Of a stretch of 44,169 bases of DNA, positions 8,535-16,497 are shown piece by piece. The notes beneath the pieces were generated by a model. The model did no database searches and had not been told where the DNA came from. It worked only from the letters and a program-made list of their open reading frames with translations. Both the position numbers and the translations under genes were made by a program. How positions within the stretch are numbered: position 1 is the stretch's first letter; the number at the start of each line of letters is the position of its first letter. Origin of the DNA: Dehalococcoidia bacterium (lineage in GTDB: Bacteria; Chloroflexota; Dehalococcoidia; DSTF01; WHTK01); the NCBI GenBank assembly GCA_050185685.1, contig JBFWZE010000002.1, positions 7,085 through 51,253 of the forward strand, written 5' to 3'.

Positions 8535-8626
8535 ATCGCGGCAATTATCCTCCCTGAAAGGCAGGAGCAACATGCCTCGGCAATTGGACGGAGGACAGAC
8601 TTCGCCGGTATTGGCACAATGACGAC

Positions 8627-11071
8627 GTGACAACAGCAGAAACGGCCGGCAGTGGACTGCAGCTCTTCGGTCAGAGCTTCCAGGGCCTCACCGAATCCGA
8701 GGTCGAGGAGCGTCGCGCTCGGGGCGAAGTCAACCAGGCCCCGAGCGAGACCAGCCGCACCTATACGCGGATCATCATCGACAACGCGCTGCCGCCGGTG
8801 AACATCGCCCTGTTCGGCATCTCGATCGTGCTGCTTGCCCTCGGCCTCGTCGGCGACGCCCTGCTAACTGCCGGTCTCGTCATCGGCAATGTCGTCGTGG
8901 GCGTCTTCCAGGAGTCACGCGCGAAAAGACAGCTCGACCAGATTGCGCTGCTGGTGCGGCCGAAGGCGACCGTCATCAGAAACGGGGAGGAGCGCGACGT
9001 CGTCCCGGACGAGATCGTGAAGGATGACCTTCTGTTGCTGCGACCTGGCGATCAGATCCAGACCGACGGCGAGGTGCTCGGAGCAGAGGGCTTCAGCGTC
9101 GATGAGGCGATGCTCACCGGGGAATCCGACGTCGTCGCGAAGCACACGGGCGACGAGGTGTTTTCGGCGACCTTCGCGATGACCGGCTCCGCTGTCTATC
9201 GCACCACCAGCGTCGGCCAGGGGCGTGTCGCCCAGGGCATCACGGCCCAGGCGCGTGCGTTCCGCAACGTCCGTACGCCACTGCAGCGCGAGGTGAGCTG
9301 GCTGATCATCGGCATGGGCATCCTCATGCTCTTGCTGGGGATCGAGGTGCTCAACTCGCTGCACCGGCTCTACGGCGGCATCCCGCTGGTGGAGGGCGCG
9401 AGGGCCGCAGCGGTCATCGTCGCGCTGGTGCCGCAGGGCCTCTGGTTCATGATCACTGTGACCTACTCGATCGCAATCGTGAAGGTCGCGCGAACCGGCG
9501 CCCTGATCCAGCGCATGAACGCGATCGAATCGATCAGCCACGTCGACATCCTGTGCTTCGACAAGACCGGCACCCTGACCACCAACTCGCTGCAGCTGGA
9601 GCATCTCCTGCCACTCGACGAGGACGAAGAGGGCTGCAAGAAGGCACTCGGCCGATTCGCCGCCAGCGCCAGCTTTAGCAACAAGACCAACGATGCCCTC
9701 AAAGCCGCATTTCCGGGCGAGGTCGTGGACGCGAAAGCGGAAGTCACCTTCGACTCCTCGCGAAAGTGGAGCGGGCTTCTGTTCGACAACGACGGCGGCC
9801 TCTACGTGCTCGGCGCCCCGGAGATCCTGCAGGACTACGTCGAGATGGCCGCCGATGCGCCGGACACCACGGAGTGGACCTCGCAGGGGCTGCGCGTGCT
9901 GCTCTTCGCTCGGAAGCAGGACGCGAAGGAGGTCGGGGGCACTGCCCAGAAGCCGGAGCTGCCGCACGGCCTCGAGCCCCTCTGCTACATCGTCCTGCGC
10001 GATGAGCTGCGCGAGAACGTCGCCGACATCATCAGGCAGTTCGGCGAGAGCGGTATTTCCCTCAAGGTGATCTCGGGCGACAACCCGGAAACTGTGGCGG
10101 CGCTGGCAAAGCAGGCAGGCCTTCCCGACGCGGACAAGACGATGTCCGGCGCCGAGCTTCGGGAGCTGAGCGACGAGGAGCTGGCAGAGCGTGTCGAAGA
10201 GACCGCCGTCTTCGGCCGCGTGACGCCCTCGGACAAGGAACGTCTCGTGCGGGCGCTGCAAAAGAAGAAGCACTACGTCGCGATGACCGGTGACGGTGTC
10301 AACGATGTGCCCGCGCTCAAGGCGTCGCAGGTCGCAATCGCGATGGGCGCCGGCAGTAGCGTCACCCGCAGCGTCGCCGACCTCCTGCTGCTGGACAACG
10401 CGTTCTCGGTCCTGCCGTCCGCCTTCAGCGAGGGCCAGCGCATCCGCAAGGGCATGGAGGCGATCATCCGCGTCTTCCTGATCCGCACCTTCGCGGTCGC
10501 ACTCATCGTCTTCGGCGCAGCGTTGCTGACGCGGGAGTTCCCGGTGACGCCGCGTCACACCGCGATCTGGGCGACGCTGACCGTAGGCCTCCCGTCACTC
10601 GCGATCGCCACCTGGGCGCACGCAGGTGCAACAAAGCGCTACATCCTGACTTCGGCGATCCCGTTTGTCGCCCCCGCCGCAATCACGATCGGGATCATGG
10701 GCCTCGGCGTCTACGAGCTGGTGCTCAAGCTCGAGGACGTCGAGGCGGCACGGACGGCGCTGACAGCGGCGGCGGTGATGGCGGGTGCGGTCCTCATACC
10801 ATTCGCCCAGGACCCGCCGCGCGACTGGATGACCAACAACGGCCTGTTCAACGACAAGCGCCCGATCGTGATGTCCGGGCTGATGATCCTCTTCTTCTGG
10901 GTGTCGGTGATCGTCGAGCCACTGCGTGACTTCTACGAGCTGGACTCGCTCAGCATCGTTCCGATCTTCGTCGTCTTCGCCGGCTTTTTCCTCTGGCTGG
11001 CGATCATCCGCGCATGGTGGCGGACGACGGCGGGCCTGAGCGAACGGCTGATTAAACCGGACGAGCACTGA
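8627..11071 (+). CDS. cation-translocating P-type ATPase (P2-like, HAD-IC family)
   Basis: 814 aa with TGES (LTGESD), the phosphorylation site DKTGTLT, and the hinge MTGDGVNDVPALK, and about 10 hydrophobic segments. There is no CPC/HMA signature of P1B pumps. The TM4 motif is PQGL rather than PEGL. Confidence 0.9.
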   Translation: MTTAETAGSGLQLFGQSFQGLTESEVEERRARGEVNQAPSETSRTYTRIIIDNALPPVNIALFGISIVLLALGLVGDALLTAGLVIGNVVVGVFQESRAKRQLDQIALLVRPKATVIRNGEERDVVPDEIVKDDLLLLRPGDQIQTDGEVLGAEGFSVDEAMLTGESDVVAKHTGDEVFSATFAMTGSAVYRTTSVGQGRVAQGITAQARAFRNVRTPLQREVSWLIIGMGILMLLLGIEVLNSLHRLYGGIPLVEGARAAAVIVALVPQGLWFMITVTYSIAIVKVARTGALIQRMNAIESISHVDILCFDKTGTLTTNSLQLEHLLPLDEDEEGCKKALGRFAASASFSNKTNDALKAAFPGEVVDAKAEVTFDSSRKWSGLLFDNDGGLYVLGAPEILQDYVEMAADAPDTTEWTSQGLRVLLFARKQDAKEVGGTAQKPELPHGLEPLCYIVLRDELRENVADIIRQFGESGISLKVISGDNPETVAALAKQAGLPDADKTMSGAELRELSDEELAERVEETAVFGRVTPSDKERLVRALQKKKHYVAMTGDGVNDVPALKASQVAIAMGAGSSVTRSVADLLLLDNAFSVLPSAFSEGQRIRKGMEAIIRVFLIRTFAVALIVFGAALLTREFPVTPRHTAIWATLTVGLPSLAIATWAHAGATKRYILTSAIPFVAPAAITIGIMGLGVYELVLKLEDVEAARTALTAAAVMAGAVLIPFAQDPPRDWMTNNGLFNDKRPIVMSGLMILFFWVSVIVEPLRDFYELDSLSIVPIFVVFAGFFLWLAIIRAWWRTTAGLSERLIKPDEH

Positions 11072-11105
11072 CTGCATCAGCCGGCAGCGGGATATCCTGT
11101 TTGCG

Positions 11106-12044
11106 ATGACATCTTCCGCGGCCCCGCGATTCTTCTCACCTGTGCGCCTGGTGGCCGGCCTCGTTGCGGTCGGCCTCCTGGCCTTGCCGCTCTACTTCCT
11201 CCTCCTCGACCCCGGCCGTGACGGCGGTCTCGAGCCCGCGGTGCTGCTGACGACGCCGCCTCTCGAGGGCCGTAGCGTCGCCGTTGGCGTCGCAGAGGGG
11301 AAACTGGCGCCCGACTTCGAGATATCGACGCCGGACGGGACGCGAGTGCGGCTGAGCGAACTGCGCGGACGGCCCGTGGCGATGAACTTCTGGGCCCGCT
11401 GGTGCACGAGCTGTTTGTCTGAGATGCCGGAATTGCAATCGCTGCAGGCGGAGCGCGGCACAGACACATTCACCGTCCTCGCGGTCAACGCCGGGGAGAC
11501 ACCCGATCAGGCGCAGGAGTTCATCGACTTCCTCAAGGCGCCGTTCGTCTACGGGCTCGACCTCGACCTGACCGTTTCAGACTCCTACGGCGTGTTCGGC
11601 CTGCCGCTCAGCGTCTTCATCGACAGCGAGGGCGTCGTGCAGGGTGTCTACAACGGCCACGCCAGCCGTGCCATCCTGACGCAGCTCGCGGATGCGGCGA
11701 TCGATGCGCGACCGGCCGGGCCGATCCCACCGGTGCTTCGACTGATCTCGACGATTTACCGCGAGCGTACCCTCGATGTGAAGACGATTGCGGCAGGGCA
11801 GCTGCGCTTCGAGTCGCGCAGCCTGCGCTGCGACATTAGCTACTGCGCCGACTCGACGCTCGAAGCGCTGCGACAGAACGCGGGCATTCGCTCAGTGACA
11901 CGCCTTCACGACACGGCGGTTGCCGTCGAATTTGACGTCGAACAGTACCGGGCCGAGCAGCTGATCGAGGCGGTTGTCGAGCTGCTGAACCGTAGCGACG
12001 ACCCGGTCTATAAGTCGGAGCTCGTCGTGCGCATGGAGAGCTAG
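11106..12044 (+). CDS. membrane-anchored TlpA/ResA-like thiol:disulfide oxidoreductase with an extra C-terminal domain
   Basis: 312 aa. It has an N-terminal TM helix and a thioredoxin fold with WARWCTSC (a CxxC motif) and GLPLSVFID. It then has about 120 additional residues with a beta-alpha-beta-beta-alpha-beta pattern and a CDISYC motif. Confidence 0.8.
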   Translation: MTSSAAPRFFSPVRLVAGLVAVGLLALPLYFLLLDPGRDGGLEPAVLLTTPPLEGRSVAVGVAEGKLAPDFEISTPDGTRVRLSELRGRPVAMNFWARWCTSCLSEMPELQSLQAERGTDTFTVLAVNAGETPDQAQEFIDFLKAPFVYGLDLDLTVSDSYGVFGLPLSVFIDSEGVVQGVYNGHASRAILTQLADAAIDARPAGPIPPVLRLISTIYRERTLDVKTIAAGQLRFESRSLRCDISYCADSTLEALRQNAGIRSVTRLHDTAVAVEFDVEQYRAEQLIEAVVELLNRSDDPVYKSELVVRMES

Positions 12045-12052
12045 GCCCTCAG

Positions 12053-12541
12053 TCAGTCACGCACGATTTGCTCGAGGGCAGCAAGGACGTCCTTGGGGTT
12101 CGGCCGGTCGCGGTAGGTGTCGTTTTCGATGCGCGCCCGGACGATGCCCAGCGGGTCGACGATGAACGTGGTGGGAAACGGCATATCCTGCCCGGTCGAC
12201 GCCCGCCCGCCGGGATGGCGCAGGCCGAAACGGTCGGTGATTGCCAGGTCTGCGTCGGAGAGGATTGAGTAGCTCAGGCTGAGGCGCTCGATCAAGGCGG
12301 CGCTCTCTTCGGGAGTGTCGGGCGAAATCCCGACAATCTCAGCACCGAGCTCACCGGCGGCGCGCGCGATTGTCTGGAGGCCGGTGAGTTCCCAGCGGCA
12401 GAACGGGCACCACTGGCCGCGGTAGAACACGACAACGGTCGGCCTGTCCTGTGGCAGCCGGCGCAGGGACCCGCTCTGGTCGATCAGCTCGATCTCAGGG
12501 AAGCGGTCTCCGACGGCAATGCTGCTTTCGATGGTTGGCAT
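12053..12541 (-). CDS. peroxiredoxin-like redoxin (AhpC/TSA family)
   Basis: 162 aa. VVVFYRGQWCPFCRWEL is typical of AhpC/TSA-fold proteins carrying a WCPxC centre. Confidence 0.85.
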   Translation of the reverse strand: MPTIESSIAVGDRFPEIELIDQSGSLRRLPQDRPTVVVFYRGQWCPFCRWELTGLQTIARAAGELGAEIVGISPDTPEESAALIERLSLSYSILSDADLAITDRFGLRHPGGRASTGQDMPFPTTFIVDPLGIVRARIENDTYRDRPNPKDVLAALEQIVRD

Positions 12542-12702
12542 TCAATCCTCCAGGGGCGCTGTACTTTATCTTTCGCGGTACAGTTTGAGGCAGACTGCCG
12601 CTCTCGTCCAGACGCGCCTCCGCAGTTTCTCACGCGAACGAAACGCCGTGTTGCACCCTCTGCTGCGTGTGAACAACGCAGGTGCTCCTACGGTAGAAGC
12701 GC

Positions 12703-13989
12703 ATGGCAACAACCACCGCAGTCCTCGACCCGATTGCTTCCCATCGAACGAGGTCCGCAGTGCTCAAGGGCGCCGCCATCGCTCTACTGCTGCTCTTCCT
12801 GTCGGTCCGCACCGTCGCCATCGCCGACGACTACTACGGCATCGCCCTCATCCCATTCCTGCCCCAGTTCCATGACCTTGGAGGCAGCGACTTCCCGGCG
12901 TTTTACGGCGGCGCGGAGCTCTTTCTGAGTGACCCATCAGAGGCCTACGACGGCGATGCCCAGGCGCGCGCGATTGCGGTGGCGAAGATGCGTCCGGCCG
13001 ACCAGACCTCGAGCTGGGAGCGCTTCTACAACCCACCGGTGTACTCGCTGCTTCTCGCGCCGCTGACCGTGTTCGACATCCACACCGCCTTTGCACTCTC
13101 GCTGCTGGTGAATGCGATAGGGCTGGGTCTGCTGATCGGCGTCCTTCACCGCATTTTGCGCGGACGGACGGCTGTCTTCGCCTTCGCAGTCGCCGGGGTT
13201 GTCACCGCACCCGTCACGAATTACGCCTTCTGGCACGCGCAGCCCACGCTGTTTCTCGCCGCTGCGCTCGGTGCTGCGTATCTGCAGCGGGAGTCGGGCC
13301 GCCCGGCCTGGTCCGGCCTCGCCTGGGCGGCGCTGATCGTCAAGCCGCACTGGCTGGCGCTGCCGCTCCTGGGCCAGCTAAGGGTATCGAAGCGCCAGGC
13401 GGCCGCAGCGATAGCAGCAGTAGCCGTCCTCTCATTGACATTTCTGGCGGTGGGGCCGCAGGGCACGATCGACTACATCAGGCTGCTGCTCGGCCGCGGC
13501 GAAGTGGACGTTGGCGACGAGAGCTTCGCGGAGGCGGTGTTGAGCTGGTCAGGCTTCTTTCGCGGCCTGACGGCTGAGGCGCGCGTCACATCGGCGCTGC
13601 TGATGTCGGGCCTGACGCTGGTCTACTACCTCGCGATTCGCTGGCGCGGACGTCAGGAGCTGCTGCCACTCGCGGGCGCGGCGACCTTCGTTCTCGTCGT
13701 ACCTCATTCCCACCCGCAAGACTGGATCATGCTCGTACCCGGCATGGCCTTCCTGCTGCGATCGCTGGACCGGCCCCTGGAACTGGCAGTCACCGCGGTC
13801 CTCTTCGCCGGGATATCGGCCGGGCTCGATAACTGGAGCAACCTTGTCGACCGCCGCTACGTGATCTACTGGCCGACGCTGGTGGGGTTCATGCTCCTGA
13901 CCTGGCTCCTGATCCTCGCCTGGCTGCCGCGCACAGAGGCGAATGCAGTGCCGGGCACGTGCCGGGACGCGGTCGTCGCCACACCCTAG
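12703..13989 (+). CDS. integral-membrane glycosyltransferase, GT87/DUF2029-like (GT-C fold)
   Basis: 428 aa and polytopic. DFPAFYGGAELF in the first loop, a mid-protein LIVKPHW, and a C-terminal VVPHSHPQDW are all shared with the paralogue at 42720-43937. Confidence 0.7.
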   Translation: MATTTAVLDPIASHRTRSAVLKGAAIALLLLFLSVRTVAIADDYYGIALIPFLPQFHDLGGSDFPAFYGGAELFLSDPSEAYDGDAQARAIAVAKMRPADQTSSWERFYNPPVYSLLLAPLTVFDIHTAFALSLLVNAIGLGLLIGVLHRILRGRTAVFAFAVAGVVTAPVTNYAFWHAQPTLFLAAALGAAYLQRESGRPAWSGLAWAALIVKPHWLALPLLGQLRVSKRQAAAAIAAVAVLSLTFLAVGPQGTIDYIRLLLGRGEVDVGDESFAEAVLSWSGFFRGLTAEARVTSALLMSGLTLVYYLAIRWRGRQELLPLAGAATFVLVVPHSHPQDWIMLVPGMAFLLRSLDRPLELAVTAVLFAGISAGLDNWSNLVDRRYVIYWPTLVGFMLLTWLLILAWLPRTEANAVPGTCRDAVVATP

Positions 13990-14007
13990 ATGCCGGCGAC
14001 CATCGCG

Positions 14008-15012
14008 TCAGTCTGGCAGCCACACGAACTGGGCATTCCCCACGCCTTCGCCGAGGCGTTCGAACTTCTCGCCTTTGCTTTCGACCTGGTAGATGCCGGA
14101 CGTGCCGAGTACGAAGAGCGACTTGCCGTCGCCCGACCAGCTCAACGACGGGTTGATGTCGTCGATATCGGCAAATGGTCCCAGCCCGCTGCCATCGCGG
14201 TTCACCATGTAGATCTCGTAGGTGCCAGGATGTGCGTCTGCCGTCCCGGAGAGAGGGCGGGAAGTCACCTCCTCCCGACGCCGCGCAGCGAATGCGATTC
14301 GTTTGCCATCGGGCGAGAACACTGCCGAGAGGATACCGACGTACCCATCCGCCACTTCGACCACTGTCTGGCGGCCGGAGCCGTCGAGATTGGTCGTGAC
14401 GAGCTCCGCACTGTCGAGACTTGAATCGAGCGAAACGAAGGTCAGCTTCTTACCGTCCGCGGATATCGCGGGCTCGGCCGCCGCAGAGATGATCCGCCGC
14501 GATGCGCCCGTGCTGAGGTCGAAGCCGGCGATGTAGAGGTCGGGTTGGCCGCGCTCATCCGGGCCGCGGACGCTGTAGAGCAGCCGCTTGCCGCCGTCCA
14601 CCCACATCGGGCTGCCGAGGTACTGCCCCGGCGCAGGGTGGTGAACCAGCTCCCGCGCCTCACCGCTGCTGCGATCGAGGACGACGATGTCGGCGCCTAC
14701 GTCGTTGTCGGTTCCAGCGCCGACCTTCTGACGTGAGAACGCAATCTGCTTCCCGTCGGGCGAGACTGCCGGATAGCGCGCGAACGTACCAGCGCCGCCA
14801 CTGTAGATGACGGACCTGGACCCGTCGGGGCTCCATTCGATCAAGGTCGTGAAGGCTGCGATCAGGAACTTCGGGCTGGCAGCGCTGGCTTCGGAGCCGC
14901 CGCGTTCGCCGCCACACGCAGTCAGCAGCAGGGCAGCGATGGTCGCCGCGACAGGGAGGAACAGGCGTGGGCTTGAGGAGATCTGATGCACGGCAGGCGC
15001 ATCGTAGTGCAT
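14008..15012 (-). CDS. PD40/TolB-like beta-propeller lipoprotein
   Basis: 334 aa with a signal peptide and lipobox LLTAC. It carries repeated S(P/A)DGK..(A/T)F motifs (SPDGKQIAF, SADGKKLTF, SPDGKRIAF, SGDGKSLF). Confidence 0.75.
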   Translation of the reverse strand: MHYDAPAVHQISSSPRLFLPVAATIAALLLTACGGERGGSEASAASPKFLIAAFTTLIEWSPDGSRSVIYSGGAGTFARYPAVSPDGKQIAFSRQKVGAGTDNDVGADIVVLDRSSGEARELVHHPAPGQYLGSPMWVDGGKRLLYSVRGPDERGQPDLYIAGFDLSTGASRRIISAAAEPAISADGKKLTFVSLDSSLDSAELVTTNLDGSGRQTVVEVADGYVGILSAVFSPDGKRIAFAARRREEVTSRPLSGTADAHPGTYEIYMVNRDGSGLGPFADIDDINPSLSWSGDGKSLFVLGTSGIYQVESKGEKFERLGEGVGNAQFVWLPD

Positions 15013-15036
15013 TCAGCCGCGGCCGGGGGTAGAGGT

Positions 15037-15270
15037 TTAGACGATCGAGCCCTGAAGCGCCTGCTTGCGCTCGTTCGCGGTTTGTTGCTGGCTGTCGCCA
15101 CGGCCGCGCCTCCAGAAGGGCTGCTTGCGCGCGGCCTCCCGCTCCTGGCGGGCGAAGGCGGCGTGGAGGGAGGAGTCAACCTTGCGGACCCGGGCTGACC
15201 AGTCAGCGAGTTCGTTCGTGTTGTTCAGGTCCATCTCGTCATCGTCCTTCGTCTGAGTTACTTCGTACAC
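15037..15270 (-). CDS. small hypothetical protein (65-77 aa)
   Basis: Strong GC3 bias across the ORF, in an otherwise gene-free 380-nt gap. It lies on the same strand, between the dehydrogenase and the propeller gene. The start could be the GTG at 15270 or the ATG at 15234. I recognise no family. Confidence 0.4.
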   Translation of the reverse strand: MYEVTQTKDDDEMDLNNTNELADWSARVRKVDSSLHAAFARQEREAARKQPFWRRGRGDSQQQTANERKQALQGSIV

Positions 15271-15295
15271 AGAGCATCAGGCATGGCCGGGCGAA

Positions 15296-15311
15296 TGTGA
15301 AGCATTTCACG
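15296..15311. promoter_or_regulatory. CRP/FNR-type palindrome TGTGA-N6-TCACG
   Basis: TGTGAAGCATTTCACG matches 9 of the 10 conserved positions of TGTGA-N6-TCACA. It lies 26 nt upstream of the small ORF's GTG. Confidence 0.2.
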
Positions 15312-15394
15312 CGACCTGTGACAGCACTGAGACAAGTCTTGCGAAATACCCCTCAAGATCAGTCGTTGCGAACCGAGAGCGGCGTGTCCCGCGT

Positions 15395-16354
15395 CTAGAA
15401 CCAGGCCTTTTTGTCGACGACATTCACCAGCTCCTCACCGGAGGCGAAGCGCTTGCAGTTCTCGATCAGCAGCTCGACCCGGCGGGCGTGCGAGGTTTCG
15501 CGATCGCCCGTAACACCGATGTGCGGAGTAATCAGGACGCCCGGAATGCGCCACAACGGGTGGTCGCTCGGCAGCGGCTCCGGCGCCACAACGTCGAGGC
15601 CGGCGCCGGCGACGTGGCCGGACTGCAGCGCGGCGACGAGGTCGTCGGTGTTCACGGTGATGCCGCGGCCGATGTTGATGAAGTAGGAACCCTGCTTCAT
15701 CGCCGCGAACCGCCCCGCGTCGAAGAAGCCAATCGTGGCCGGCGATTCCGGTACGGTGAGGATGACGAAATCGGCCTCGCTGAGCTTCGTGTCGAGCTGC
15801 TCCGGCGTCACGAGCTCGGCGAAGCCTGCGGGCGCTTCGGTGATCCGCGGGTCGACGCCGACGACGCGCATGCCGAACTCAGCGCAGAGACGGCCGGCCT
15901 CCGCGCCCGAACCGCCAACGCCGACGACGACTGCAGTGCTGCTCGGCAGGTCAATCGGCGTGAGGTCGCGGCGCCACTCCGGTGCAGCCTCGTTGCGCTT
16001 GAAGTAGTGGTCGAAGCGCCGGGCGAAGGCGAGCAGGAATGCCATGATGTGGTGGGAGAGGTGCTCGTTGTAGATGCCGCGGACGTTCGTCACGACGACG
16101 TCGGACTCGACGAGCTCCGGGTAGAACCAGCGGGCGCCGAGACCAGCGCGCGACGCGGCGATCCAGCGCAGCCTCTTCGCGCGCCGCAGCAGCTCCGGCG
16201 GAACCGTGCCGTAGACGGCGTCCGCGTCCTCGATCTCCTCCATCGCCGCTGCAGGGTCGCTGAAGACCTGGACATCGACACCGGGCACAGCTTCGCGCAC
16301 GAGGTCTGCCCACTCCTGGTTCGCGTCGGGAAGAAGAAGAATCTTGAAGCTCAT
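15395..16354 (-). CDS. D-isomer-specific 2-hydroxyacid dehydrogenase (NAD-binding)
   Basis: It has the VVGVGGSGAE dinucleotide fold and RG..V....L..AL..G...GAGLDV...EPLP...PLW....V..TPHIG catalytic-region motifs. I prefer the ATG at 16354 (MSFKILLL), which is preceded by GAGAGG; the track start is the GTG at 16372. Confidence 0.85.
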   Translation of the reverse strand: MSFKILLLPDANQEWADLVREAVPGVDVQVFSDPAAAMEEIEDADAVYGTVPPELLRRAKRLRWIAASRAGLGARWFYPELVESDVVVTNVRGIYNEHLSHHIMAFLLAFARRFDHYFKRNEAAPEWRRDLTPIDLPSSTAVVVGVGGSGAEAGRLCAEFGMRVVGVDPRITEAPAGFAELVTPEQLDTKLSEADFVILTVPESPATIGFFDAGRFAAMKQGSYFINIGRGITVNTDDLVAALQSGHVAGAGLDVVAPEPLPSDHPLWRIPGVLITPHIGVTGDRETSHARRVELLIENCKRFASGEELVNVVDKKAWF

Positions 16355-16497
16355 CGGTGGCACCTCTCTCACTGCGAGGTGATGATCCCAGCCTCCGTGG
16401 TAGCGGGCAAGCGCCAGGGCCGCCGATCGGGCCGCCGAGACCCTTCCTCGATGCTATGATCTCCGCACTGCAGTTCCCAGCGTAGAAGAGGCCTCCC

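Noticed and set aside
8915-10558. Very long antisense ORFs inside confidently assigned genes. Examples are 547 aa at 8915-10558 opposite the ATPase, 521 aa at 24774-26339 opposite nuoF-like, 417 aa at 27157-28410, 283 aa at 5492-6343, 341 aa at 7455-8480, 323 aa at 15488-16459, 288 aa at 31521-32387 and 333 aa at 1118-2119.
   Set aside because: Their translations are Arg/Ala/Gly/Asp/His-rich and low in complexity, with no recognisable motifs. Each lies opposite a gene with clear family signatures. Long stop-free antisense frames are expected in GC3-rich DNA.
15327-15365. A CTGAGA...ACCC...GATCAG string reminiscent of a TPP riboswitch core.
   Set aside because: It is on the plus strand, whereas all neighbouring genes are on the minus strand. 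It also lacks the conserved ACCUGAUCUGGAUAAUGCCAGCG arm.
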